DNA from: an uncultured Candidatus Binatia bacterium
GTDB lineage: Bacteria > Desulfobacterota > Binatia > UBA9968 > JAJDTQ01
Assembly: GCA_965215605.1 (NCBI GenBank)
Contig: OZ244070.1
Span: forward strand, 1,568,001 to 1,632,000
Length of the DNA stretch: 64,000 nucleotides
Reading direction: 5' to 3'
Under the pieces are notes generated by a model. It saw only the letters and a list, made by a program, of their open reading frames with translations, was not told where the DNA came from and searched no databases. This document shows, piece by piece, positions 53,681-64,000 of the stretch. The position numbers and the translations under genes were made by a program. Positions within the stretch are counted from its first letter, which is position 1. Every line of letters begins with the position of its first letter.

Positions 53681-54790
53681 TCACCCTTCGGCGGCGGGCC
53701 TGGGGATGGTGCCGGGGCGCATGGGGAAGGCGACGGAGCTGGTGACCTCCAGGCCGTAGCCGGACAGGCCCACGAGGTTTCTGGGGTTGTTGGTGACGAG
53801 CTTGAGCTTGCGGATGCCCAAGTCGCGCAGGATCTGGGCGCCGATGCCGAAGTCGCGGAAGTTCCTGGCCTCTCTGGCTTCCTCTGTGCGCAACCCCTTG
53901 CCTTCGGGCTGGAGGTAGAGCAGGACCCCCGCGCCTTCCCTGGCGATCAGTTCCATGGACTGCTTGATGACGGACCCGGTGTCGAAGAATTCGAAGCCGA
54001 ACACGTCGCCGGGGAGGAACTTGGTGCATACCCGCACCAAGGTTTCGCGGTCCTCCGAGATCTCGCCCTTGATCAGCGCCAGGTGCTCGGCGGAATCCAC
54101 GTGGGTGTTGTAGACCACCGCCCGGAAGTCGCCGCCGTATCGGGTGGGCAGGCGGGTGTCGGCGACGCGGTGGATCAGCGAGTCGTGCTTGAGGCGGTAC
54201 TGGATGAGGTCGGCGATGGTGCAGATCTTGAGGTCGTACTTCTCGCCGAACTCCTCGAGGTCCGCCAGCCGCGCCATGGTGCCGTCGTCCTTCATGATCT
54301 CGCAGATCACCCCGGCGGGCCTGAGCCCCGCCAGCCGGCACAGGTCCACGGAACCCTCGGTCTGACCCGTGCGCACCAGCACGCCGCCGTCCCTGGCCCG
54401 CAACGGGAAGATGTGCCCGGGGGTGCACAGGTCCTTGGGCCCGGCGTCGTCCGCGATGGCCGCCAGGATGGTCTCGGACCGATCGGAAGCCGAGATGCCG
54501 GTGGTGACGTTCCTGACCCCGTCGATGGAGACCGTGAACGCGGTCCCGAAGGGTGCGGTGTTGTCCCTGACCATCATCGTGAGGCCGAGCTGGTCGACCT
54601 TCTCCTCGGTCAGCGTCAGGCAGATCAGACCCCGTCCCCAGGTGGCCATGAAGTTGATGGCGTCCGGCGTCACCAGCTCCGCGGCCATGGTGAGGTCGCC
54701 CTCATTCTCGCGGTTCTGGTCATCCATCAGGATGACCATCCTGCCTTGCCTGATGTCTTCCAGGGATTCTTCGATAGTCGCTACGGGCAT
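53681..54790 (-). CDS. ribB: 3,4-dihydroxy-2-butanone-4-phosphate synthase fused to a degenerate GTP cyclohydrolase II-like domain (RibBX type)
   Basis: RENEGD, TGISASDR, PGHIFPL motifs; the C-domain lacks the HSEC...CDC zinc ligands. Confidence 0.9.
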   Translation of the reverse strand: MPVATIEESLEDIRQGRMVILMDDQNRENEGDLTMAAELVTPDAINFMATWGRGLICLTLTEEKVDQLGLTMMVRDNTAPFGTAFTVSIDGVRNVTTGISASDRSETILAAIADDAGPKDLCTPGHIFPLRARDGGVLVRTGQTEGSVDLCRLAGLRPAGVICEIMKDDGTMARLADLEEFGEKYDLKICTIADLIQYRLKHDSLIHRVADTRLPTRYGGDFRAVVYNTHVDSAEHLALIKGEISEDRETLVRVCTKFLPGDVFGFEFFDTGSVIKQSMELIAREGAGVLLYLQPEGKGLRTEEAREARNFRDFGIGAQILRDLGIRKLKLVTNNPRNLVGLSGYGLEVTSSVAFPMRPGTIPRPAAEG

Positions 54791-54798
54791 GGGTTCCT

Positions 54799-54827
54799 AA
54801 CTTAACATTTCAATTGACGAGGTCCAA
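54799..54827 (-). promoter_or_regulatory. Putative promoter for ribB (TTGGAC-17-TAAGTT with TGn extension), 8 nt before the ATG
   Basis: Motif read directly in an AT-rich gap. Confidence 0.45.
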
Positions 54828-54838
54828 AGACCGCGTCA

Positions 54839-55560
54839 TCACGCCCCGCCGGCCATCTCGGCGACCACCGACCGGGCTGCCGCGGCCGGGTCGTCCGCGC
54901 CGGTGATGGGCCTTCCCACCACGATGTAGTCGATGCCGGCGCGCACCGCGTCGCCGGGGGTCATGACGCGCTTCTGGTCGCCGGCCTGCTGGCCCGCGGG
55001 CCGGATGCCGGGAGTCACCAAGAGGAAGGAGTCGCCGCAGGCGCGCCGGATGTCCCTGACCTCCTGGGCCGAACAGACGACGCCCGCAAGCCCCGCCTCC
55101 TGCGCCATCCCGGCCAGCCGCACGACCTGGGCGGGAACGGCCCCTTGAACCCCCATCGACTGGAGGTCCGATGCGTCCAGGCTGGTGAGGACCGTGACGC
55201 CCAGCACCGACGGCCTCCGCATGCCTTCCTTGCCGCACACCTCCTCCACCGCCGCCGCGGTCTGCCGCATCATCTCCCGGCCGCCGGAGACGTGAACATT
55301 GAACAGCTTGACCCCAAGCCGGGCGGCCTCCACCGCCGCCGCGGCCACGGTATTGGGAATGTCGTGGAACTTGAGGTCGAGGAAGACCTCTCCGCCCAGA
55401 TCGTGGATCATGCGGACGACGTCCGGCCCGGCGTTCACGAAGAGCTGCTTGCCGATCTTGAACATCCCCACTTCGGGCGCCAGCAGGGCCGCGAGGGTCT
55501 TCGCTCTCGCCGGGTCGGCCAGATCGAGGGCCACTATCAACCGCTGCCTGATCTCCGACG

Positions 55561-55564
<4 letters not shown>
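54839..55564 (-). CDS. pyrF: Orotidine-5'-phosphate decarboxylase
   Basis: FLDLKFHDIPNT, VTPGIR, DQKR, VGRPI motifs; ATGA overlap with the proS stop. Confidence 0.96.
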
Positions 55565-57276
<1,712 letters not shown>

Positions 57277-57283
57277 GCGATCA

Positions 57284-57312
57284 CTTATAGGAAGCGCCTC
57301 GGACCCTGTCAA
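57284..57312 (-). promoter_or_regulatory. sigma70 promoter for proS (TTGACA-17-TATAAG), 7 nt before the ATG; leaderless
   Basis: Near-perfect consensus; no SD. Confidence 0.75.
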
Positions 57313-60300
57313 ATTCCGGCGTCTTCCGGGGCCGCGACTCCGTCGGGCGTCGCCGCCCCGGAACGAAACAATTTCCTGACGATCCCCTTGGCGTCGTCGA
57401 GCATGGCGTAGAGACAGGGGGTGAGGATCAGCGTGAGAATCGTGGCGAAAGAGAGTCCCCAGACTACCGAGATGGCCATGGGCGAGAGGAATCTGGCCTG
57501 GCCGGTGGCGAAGAAGGCCAGCGGCACGAGCCCGCCCACGGTGGTGACGGTGGTTAGCAAGACGGGCCTCAGGCGCACGACGCCGGACTGGATGATGGAA
57601 TCGTGTGCCGGCGTGCCCCTTCTTCGGCTGCGGTTGATGAAGTCCACCAGGATGAGTGAATCGTTGACCACGACTCCCGCCAGGGCGATGAAGCCCAGCA
57701 GGGACATGAAGCTAAGGTTCTCGCCCATGACGAGATGGCCGATCACGACACCGCCCAGGGTGAAGGGAATCGCGGCCATGACGATGAACGGTTGGATGAA
57801 CGACTTGAACAGGGAGCCCAGCACGAAGTAGATGGCGAACAACGTGATCAGGGAGATTTGCGGCAGGGCGCCCAGAGACTCCTCCACCTCCTGCCGTTCG
57901 CCCTTGACCACCACCCGCTGCCCGGGGTAGCGCCGGCCGGCGTCGGCGAACTGCCGCTTCAAGGCGTCCGTGGCCTCCACCACGGTGGTCTTCCCCGTCT
58001 CCACCTCGGCAAAGACGCTCAGGGTCCGCTTGCGGTCGTCCCGGTTGATCTGGCTCGGGCTGACTCCGGTGCGAATGTCGGCGACGTCACGCAGGAAGAC
58101 GCGCTCGCCCGAGGGCAGCGTGAGCTTCATACGCGACACGGTGTCGACGTGGCTGCGCTGGTCCCGGGGAAACCGGATGAAGATGGGCACATCCTCGTCT
58201 CCGCGCTGGATGCTCGAGGCTTCGACCCCCTGGAAGCCCTGCTGCACCTGGCGCGCGATGCCCCTCACATCGAGACCCAGCGTGCGGCCCTCCGGCTTGA
58301 GGCTGATGCGGAGTTCCTCCTTGCCCGCCACGAGGTCATCGCGGATGTCCCGTACCCCGGGCAGGGTAGCCAGGAAGCCCTTGACCTCTTCGGTCAGCCG
58401 CCTGAGGCTTTCAAGGTCGTCGCCGATGACCCGGGCCTCGATGGCGGGTCCTCCGGGCCCGGCCTGGAGGCTCAGGAACTGGAGCTTGGTGATACCCGGT
58501 ATCCGCTCCATCTTGCCACGGAGATCGTCGATGATCTCCGCCGTGCTCCGGACGCGGTCGTCGCGGAGCTCCAGCGTGAGCTGGCCGACGTTGCTTCCCC
58601 TTGTCACCCTGTTGACGTCGAGGAAAGCGACGCCGACGGTGGTGGCCAGGGACTTGAGCTCACCGGGCGGCAAACCCAGGACAATCTCTTCGGCCTGAAC
58701 GAGCACGGCCTCGGTGTCCTCCAGCTTGGCGTTGGCCGAGGTCTCGAAGTTCACGAAGAACTGGCTCGACTCGAAATCGCGAAAGAGCACGAAGGGCACC
58801 CGGTACTGGGCCGCCACGGCCAGCAGCACGCTGGCCGCCACGATTAAGGTCACCGCCACGTAACGCCAGCGGACCGCGAGTCTCAGGACCCTTTCGTAGG
58901 CATGGCGCAGGCTGGTCAACCACAAGCGCTGGCCGCGCACGTGCAGACGGCGGAGACCGGTCAGCCGTTCACGACGGCGCAGCCGGGTCAGCCACAAACG
59001 CTCGCCGCGGCGCACCTTGTTGGCATAGGCGGGCGTGATGATGTCCGAGAGATGCGAGGGCAGGATGAACAACACCTCCAGCAGCGAGAGCAGCAGCGCG
59101 AAGGTCACCACGATGGGGAGCGGCTTCAGGAAGAAGCCCATGGTTCCCGGGAGCAGCAGGAACGGGACGAACGCGGCGACAGTGGTCAACACCGTGGTGA
59201 CCACCGGCCAGGCAACCTCGTAGGTGCCCTGGAGGGCCGCCTCCTTGGGAGACAGGCCCTGCTCGACGTAGCGGTACACGTTTTCGGTGACGATGACGGC
59301 GTCGTCCACCAGAAGGCCAAGGACCAGGATCAGGCCGAAGGCGGAGATCATGTTGAGGCTGACGCCGAAAACCGCCATCAGGACCAAACAACCCAGCACC
59401 GCGAACGGAATGCCGAGGGAGGTCATGAAGGCGATCCGTCCGCGGACGAAGATACAGAGCGTCGCCAGCACGATGGTCAGGCCGATGGCGCCGCTCTCGC
59501 CCAGGGTGCCCAAGCGGTTCCGGATGAACACCGAGAAGTCACTGAAGACACCTACGGAAACGGTCCCGGGCAAGATCTTGCGGATTTCCGCCACGGCGTC
59601 GCGGACGCCTTCCGCGACGCTGATGGTATCGCCGCTCCGCTCCTTGATGACCACGAGGTTGATGGACGGCTTCCCGTCGAAACGCGCCAGTAACGTCGGG
59701 TCCTCGAACGACTCGCGCACGCCGGCGACGTCCCCCACGGTGAGGGCGTGTCCGGTGTCGGTGGACCGAAGGATCATGCGTTCCACGTCGGCCACGCCTC
59801 CGGCCACCCCCAGGGTCCGCACCAGCACCTCGCCCCGGGCGGTCTTCAGCGCGCCGCCGGGCACGTTGCGGTTCTGATTGCTCACGGCGGCGCGGATCTC
59901 GTCCAGGCTCAGCCGGTACTGGTCCAGGCGTTCCGGCTCGATCTCGATGAGTATCCGGCTCTCGCGGACGCCGAAGACCGACACGGCGGCGACGCCGTCG
60001 ATGCGCCTGAGCCGATCCCGCACGTCCTTGCCGACCTCCCGCAGCTCCTCCTCGGGTATGTCGCCGCTCAATGCCACGGTGATCACCGGGATGGTGGACA
60101 GGACCTCGCTCACCTGGGGCTCTTCGGCCTCCTGCGGCAATCCGCCGACCCGGTCCAGGGCCGCGCGCACGTCCCCGAGAGCACGGCTCATCTCGGTGTC
60201 CGACTGCATCTGAAGGCGGATTTCGGATTGGCCCTCGCGCGAGGTGGAGAGCATCTCGTTGACGCCGTCCACGTTGCGGACCCGCTCCTCGATCCTGGCG

Positions 60301-60494
60301 GTGATGAGCTCCTCCACCTCCTCGGGCGAGGCGCCCGCGTAGGTCGTATCGATACGGACCACCCGGCGGGAAAAGTCGGGGAACAGCTCTCGTTTGAGCC
60401 GGAGAAACGACACCACGCCGGCGGTGATGATCAGGAGCACCAGCAGGTTGACGACGACGGGGTTGCCGATGGAGAACTGGATCAGCTTCTTCAT
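57309..60494 (-). CDS. RND efflux permease (AcrB/D/F family)
   Basis: GASPEEVE, LVDDAVIVTEN, RLRPVLLT motifs; 12-TM duplicated layout. Confidence 0.93.
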   Translation of the reverse strand: MKKLIQFSIGNPVVVNLLVLLIITAGVVSFLRLKRELFPDFSRRVVRIDTTYAGASPEEVEELITARIEERVRNVDGVNEMLSTSREGQSEIRLQMQSDTEMSRALGDVRAALDRVGGLPQEAEEPQVSEVLSTIPVITVALSGDIPEEELREVGKDVRDRLRRIDGVAAVSVFGVRESRILIEIEPERLDQYRLSLDEIRAAVSNQNRNVPGGALKTARGEVLVRTLGVAGGVADVERMILRSTDTGHALTVGDVAGVRESFEDPTLLARFDGKPSINLVVIKERSGDTISVAEGVRDAVAEIRKILPGTVSVGVFSDFSVFIRNRLGTLGESGAIGLTIVLATLCIFVRGRIAFMTSLGIPFAVLGCLVLMAVFGVSLNMISAFGLILVLGLLVDDAVIVTENVYRYVEQGLSPKEAALQGTYEVAWPVVTTVLTTVAAFVPFLLLPGTMGFFLKPLPIVVTFALLLSLLEVLFILPSHLSDIITPAYANKVRRGERLWLTRLRRRERLTGLRRLHVRGQRLWLTSLRHAYERVLRLAVRWRYVAVTLIVAASVLLAVAAQYRVPFVLFRDFESSQFFVNFETSANAKLEDTEAVLVQAEEIVLGLPPGELKSLATTVGVAFLDVNRVTRGSNVGQLTLELRDDRVRSTAEIIDDLRGKMERIPGITKLQFLSLQAGPGGPAIEARVIGDDLESLRRLTEEVKGFLATLPGVRDIRDDLVAGKEELRISLKPEGRTLGLDVRGIARQVQQGFQGVEASSIQRGDEDVPIFIRFPRDQRSHVDTVSRMKLTLPSGERVFLRDVADIRTGVSPSQINRDDRKRTLSVFAEVETGKTTVVEATDALKRQFADAGRRYPGQRVVVKGERQEVEESLGALPQISLITLFAIYFVLGSLFKSFIQPFIVMAAIPFTLGGVVIGHLVMGENLSFMSLLGFIALAGVVVNDSLILVDFINRSRRRGTPAHDSIIQSGVVRLRPVLLTTVTTVGGLVPLAFFATGQARFLSPMAISVVWGLSFATILTLILTPCLYAMLDDAKGIVRKLFRSGAATPDGVAAPEDAGI

Positions 60495-61744
60495 GAGGAC
60501 AGATCCCGGCGCGTGACCACCCGGATACGGGCGCCGTCCAGCAACAGGCGCTGTCCGGCGGTCACCAGGAGCTCATCGGGTTCAAGACCCGCGGCGATCA
60601 TGTAACGCGCCCCGAACCGGCGGGCGATGCGCACCTCACGGCGGGCCGCCACACCCCCCTCGGGGTCCGCCACGAAAACCGCCGCCTTGCCGTCCTCGAA
60701 AAGGACGCTTTCCCGCGGGACCATAATGGCCCCGGGATAGTCGCGGACCGGGATGACCGCCCGCGCGAACATCCCGGGAAGGAGCTTGCGTCCCGTGGAG
60801 TTGGACATGAGGATCTCCACCGGGAACGAACGGGTCTGCTGGTCCGCCCGCGGGCCGATGTTGACAACCCTTCCGGTAAACTCCTCCTCCAATCCGCGCA
60901 CCCGGACCCTGGCCACGATCCGCGAGCCGATCCGGTGGATGTCGGCGGCCGGAATGCGCACGTCGAGCTTCACCGTCTCGATGTCGGACAACTGGAAGAG
61001 CACCTGTCCCGGAGCGACACGCTCGCCCAGGGTCACGTTCTTGCGCGCGATGACGCCGGCGAAGGGCGCGCGGATCTCGGTATCGCCCAGCGTTTCCCGC
61101 GCCTGCTCCAGTTGAACATCGGCCAGGGCGAGATCCGCCTCGGCGATGGCGCGCAGCGCTTGCGTCTCCCGCTCTCCGCTCCGGGCCGACTCGAACTCTT
61201 CTTCGATCTGCCGCCAGGCCAGCTCCTGCCGCTCCGCCTCCTGGCTCGAAACCAACCCCTTCTTCAGAAGCTTCTTGAGCCGCTCGTGTTCGGCCCGCGC
61301 CAGCCGGAGCTGCTCGCGGTTGAGCCGCACCAGATTGCGCTGCCTTTCGATGTCCACCGCGGCCTTGCGGACCCTCGCCCTTGCGCTGGCCACCTGCGCC
61401 GCCGCTTTGCGCACGGCGATCTCGAAGTCCTTGGCGTCCACCCGCGCCAGCAGATCGTCCTTCCCGACCACGCTGCCCAAGCCGATCTCCGACGGTATCC
61501 CGACGATCCGGCCGCTTATCTCCGCGCTGACGGGACCTTCCCGCACGGCGGCGACGGTTCCCAGGGCCTCGATCCGGTGCACGAAATCCGCGGCGACCAC
61601 CGGGGCCACCTCCACCGGCACGGGCACGGGCGCCGGCTGGACCCGGGGCGGCTCCTCGACGTCGCTGATGACGTACACGCCCACCGCGGTGACGGCGCTT
61701 ACCAGGAGGATCAGCACTATCGACAGGGCGATGCGTATCTTCAT
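60491..61744 (-). CDS. RND periplasmic adaptor (MFP)
   Basis: N-terminal anchor, long coiled-coil, IRAPFAG, LLPGMF motifs. Confidence 0.92.
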   Translation of the reverse strand: MKIRIALSIVLILLVSAVTAVGVYVISDVEEPPRVQPAPVPVPVEVAPVVAADFVHRIEALGTVAAVREGPVSAEISGRIVGIPSEIGLGSVVGKDDLLARVDAKDFEIAVRKAAAQVASARARVRKAAVDIERQRNLVRLNREQLRLARAEHERLKKLLKKGLVSSQEAERQELAWRQIEEEFESARSGERETQALRAIAEADLALADVQLEQARETLGDTEIRAPFAGVIARKNVTLGERVAPGQVLFQLSDIETVKLDVRIPAADIHRIGSRIVARVRVRGLEEEFTGRVVNIGPRADQQTRSFPVEILMSNSTGRKLLPGMFARAVIPVRDYPGAIMVPRESVLFEDGKAAVFVADPEGGVAARREVRIARRFGARYMIAAGLEPDELLVTAGQRLLLDGARIRVVTRRDLSS

Positions 61745-62340
61745 TCCAGGCTCCTCATCACCGCCCGAGTGAGGGCCTCCGCCATCTCGTCGAGGTCGAA
61801 GGCATCGTCGTCGTACAGCCAGTGCAGCGCCAGCCCGTCGACGGAGGCGAGGATTTGCTGGGCCGCGAGCCTGGGGTGGTCGCAGTGGAAGAAGCCTCCG
61901 GCCACGCCCGCCTCCACCACCAGGACCAGGTCGTCGATGGACGACTGGTACGCATCACGCAACTGCATCCGCAGGAGACTCTGCTGCTCGGCCCGGCCCG
62001 CCTCGGCCCAGACGTCGCAAAATACGTAGAAGAAGGGCTCCCATTCGCGGAAACTGGCGAGGGCGGCGGCCAGGAAGCCGGCGATGATCCGGGGCGGCTC
62101 CTCGATGCCCTTCAGCTTCTCCGCGTAGTAGTCCTTGAGCTTGGCCAGCATGTAGCCGTGCAGCGCCTGAAGGAGCTGATGCTTACTCTCGAAGTACTCG
62201 TAGATGGTCCCTTTGCCGATCCCGGCGGCCGCCGCGACTTCTTCCATCCTGGAGCGATGAAAGCCCTTGCGCGCGAAGACCTTCATGGCGGCTTCGAGAA
62301 TCTCCGAACGCTTGCGTTCCTTGTCGACGACGATAGGCAT
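61741..62340 (-). CDS. TetR/AcrR family regulator
   Basis: ILEAA..F.RKG...VA.AAGIGKGTIYEYFESK HTH. Confidence 0.93.
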   Translation of the reverse strand: MPIVVDKERKRSEILEAAMKVFARKGFHRSRMEEVAAAAGIGKGTIYEYFESKHQLLQALHGYMLAKLKDYYAEKLKGIEEPPRIIAGFLAAALASFREWEPFFYVFCDVWAEAGRAEQQSLLRMQLRDAYQSSIDDLVLVVEAGVAGGFFHCDHPRLAAQQILASVDGLALHWLYDDDAFDLDEMAEALTRAVMRSLE

Positions 62341-62347
62341 CTTAGTA

Positions 62348-62397
62348 TGACCGGTCAGCCGGTCAATATAAATACACTATGACCGACCCGCGGGTCA
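62348..62397. promoter_or_regulatory. Two 18-bp palindromic TetR operators (TGACC-N8-GGTCA)
   Basis: TGACCGGTCAGCCGGTCA at 62348-62365 and TGACCGACCCGCGGGTCA at 62380-62397, both flanked TA...AT. Confidence 0.75.
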
Positions 62398-62424
62398 ATG
62401 TCCTTTCAACATAAAACCGGATTT

Positions 62425-63231
62425 TTACGGGTCGTCCCCGGCATGTTCCCCGGGGTCCTTCCGGTCCCCTTCCGGGATGATCAGGAGGCGGCGGTAGGCG
62501 CCCTGCCCGAGGCTCTTGGTGGTAAGCCAAGGGTCGTCCTTGAGGGCCAGATGCACGACGCGCCGGTCCCGGGCGCTAAGGTCGTCGATCCCCTCGGACT
62601 TGCGATTGCGCTTGGCTTTCTCGCCCAGCCGCAGCGCCATGTCCTCCAGGGTTTTCACACGCCGTCCGTGGTAGTCTTCCACATCGACGATGGGCTGGGG
62701 AGCGTCCGGCTCGACCTTCTCGGCCACGATCCGGGCGACGATATGCTGTAGCGCCTCCAAGGTCTGACCCCTCCGGCCGATGAGCAGGGCGCTGCTGTCT
62801 CCCTCGATGTCGAGGACGAACTCCGAAGAGCTCGCGCCCGGCTTGACCGCCACCTTCGCGGTGACGCCCATGAGCCTGAGTATCTGTTCGAGAACCTCGA
62901 CGCTGACCTTCCGGACCTCCGCGGAACGCGCTTCCGTGTGCGCCGGTTCCCCGGCAGCCTCACCGTCGCCGGGCTCTGCTTCCGCCGGAACCGCTTCCGC
63001 GGGCTCGTCCGGCGGCGGCGCCGCGTCCCCGGCATCTTCCTCATCCGGCGACGCCGCGGCTTCGCGCAGGGTGGCCCGCACGCGCGCGTTCTGGCGACCG
63101 GAGCCCGGCACGCCGGCCTTATCCTCCGCGAGGATGTCCAGAGATACCTTGTCCCGGTCGACGCCCAGCAGGCTCAGCGCCTTGGCGATGGCGTCGTCAA
63201 GAGTTTCTCCTTCCGTTTCGACTTGCTTCAT
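62425..63231 (-). CDS. jag: Jag/KhpB (EloR) RNA-binding protein
   Basis: Jag_N domain, KH LIGRRGQTL, R3H RRVVH; downstream of yidC. Confidence 0.92.
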   Translation of the reverse strand: MKQVETEGETLDDAIAKALSLLGVDRDKVSLDILAEDKAGVPGSGRQNARVRATLREAAASPDEEDAGDAAPPPDEPAEAVPAEAEPGDGEAAGEPAHTEARSAEVRKVSVEVLEQILRLMGVTAKVAVKPGASSSEFVLDIEGDSSALLIGRRGQTLEALQHIVARIVAEKVEPDAPQPIVDVEDYHGRRVKTLEDMALRLGEKAKRNRKSEGIDDLSARDRRVVHLALKDDPWLTTKSLGQGAYRRLLIIPEGDRKDPGEHAGDDP

Positions 63232-63277
63232 CACACGCCTCTCCTCCACCGGTCGCGACATGCCCCGGCGCGGGCCG

Positions 63278-64000
63278 TCAACGCTCTTTCCGGTTGATCA
63301 TGTATTGCTGGACGATGCTCAGGATGTTGTTCACGAACCAGTAGATCGTGAGTCCTGACGGGAAGCTTACGAATATCACGGTGAATACCAGCGGCATGAG
63401 CATCATCATGCGCCGCTGGTTGGGGTCGCCGATGGCGGGAGACATCCATTGCTGAATGAACATGCTGGCGCCCATGAGCAGCACCAGCACGGGAATGCCC
63501 ACGTCAAAGCCGAATGCCGAGAACGGGAGCGATTCCCAGTCCGGACGGGACAGATCCTTGATCCACAGAAAACTCGCGTGGCGCAGCTCGATGGGCGTCA
63601 GCAATGCGTTGTAAAAGCCGATGAAGAAGGGGAACTGAAGGAGCATCGGCAGGCAACCTCCAAGCGGGTTCGCCTTGTTCCGCTTGTAGAGGTCCATCAT
63701 CTCCTTGTTGAGCCGGGTCTTGTCGTCTCCGAACTTTTCCTTGAGACGCTGCATCTGCGGCTGGAGCTTTTGCATCCGTTTCATGGAGACGAAGCTCTTT
63801 TGCGTCAGCGGCCACAGCAGCAGCTTGATGATGAGCGTGAGCAGGATGATGTCCAGACCGTAGTTGCCGGTGTAGGTCTGGAAAAAATGCAACGCGTGCA
63901 GCATCGGCACCGAGATGAAGCCGAAGTAGCCGAAGTCGATGGACTGCTCGAGACCGCGGTCGAAGGACCTCAGCAGGTTCAACACCTTGGGCCCCATGAA
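63278..64000 (-). CDS. yidC: Membrane protein insertase YidC, 5' partial
   Basis: GPK, GNYG..II, NPLGGCLP.L.Q.P, PSGL.IYW..NN motifs. Confidence 0.96.
   Translation of the reverse strand, partial: FMGPKVLNLLRSFDRGLEQSIDFGYFGFISVPMLHALHFFQTYTGNYGLDIILLTLIIKLLLWPLTQKSFVSMKRMQKLQPQMQRLKEKFGDDKTRLNKEMMDLYKRNKANPLGGCLPMLLQFPFFIGFYNALLTPIELRHASFLWIKDLSRPDWESLPFSAFGFDVGIPVLVLLMGASMFIQQWMSPAIGDPNQRRMMMLMPLVFTVIFVSFPSGLTIYWFVNNILSIVQQYMINRKER

Overview
High-GC bacterial chromosomal window. Gene content and order suggest a deltaproteobacterial-type lineage such as Binatia; this is inference, not tested. Housekeeping genes include thpR-recA-alaS-phoH-ybeY-prfB, fhs, ribBX, pyrF, proS, jag and a partial yidC. 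There is also an Fe-S biogenesis trio (Mrp, DUF971, SufT) upstream of a double-length UvrA, a complex I-like nuo operon, a TetR-RND efflux unit and many accessory catabolic or redox genes. The main signals missed or split by the ORF track are: (1) a DsbA/FrnE selenoprotein with an in-frame UGA in a U-P-W-C motif followed by a clear SECIS-like hairpin, whose stop codon overlaps the start of a 2OG-Fe(II) oxygenase gene that lacks an obvious SD, followed by a 724-aa unknown membrane protein; (2) a nuoA-C-D-H-I-J-K-L-M-N operon lacking nuoB as well as nuoEFG; (3) the prfB +1 programmed frameshift; (4) sigma70 promoters placed 7-9 nt from start codons, implying leaderless mRNAs; (5) a RAYT-type HUH transposase with several palindromic elements; (6) an internally deleted RES toxin next to an intact antitoxin. 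No rRNA, tRNA or CRISPR array was seen.
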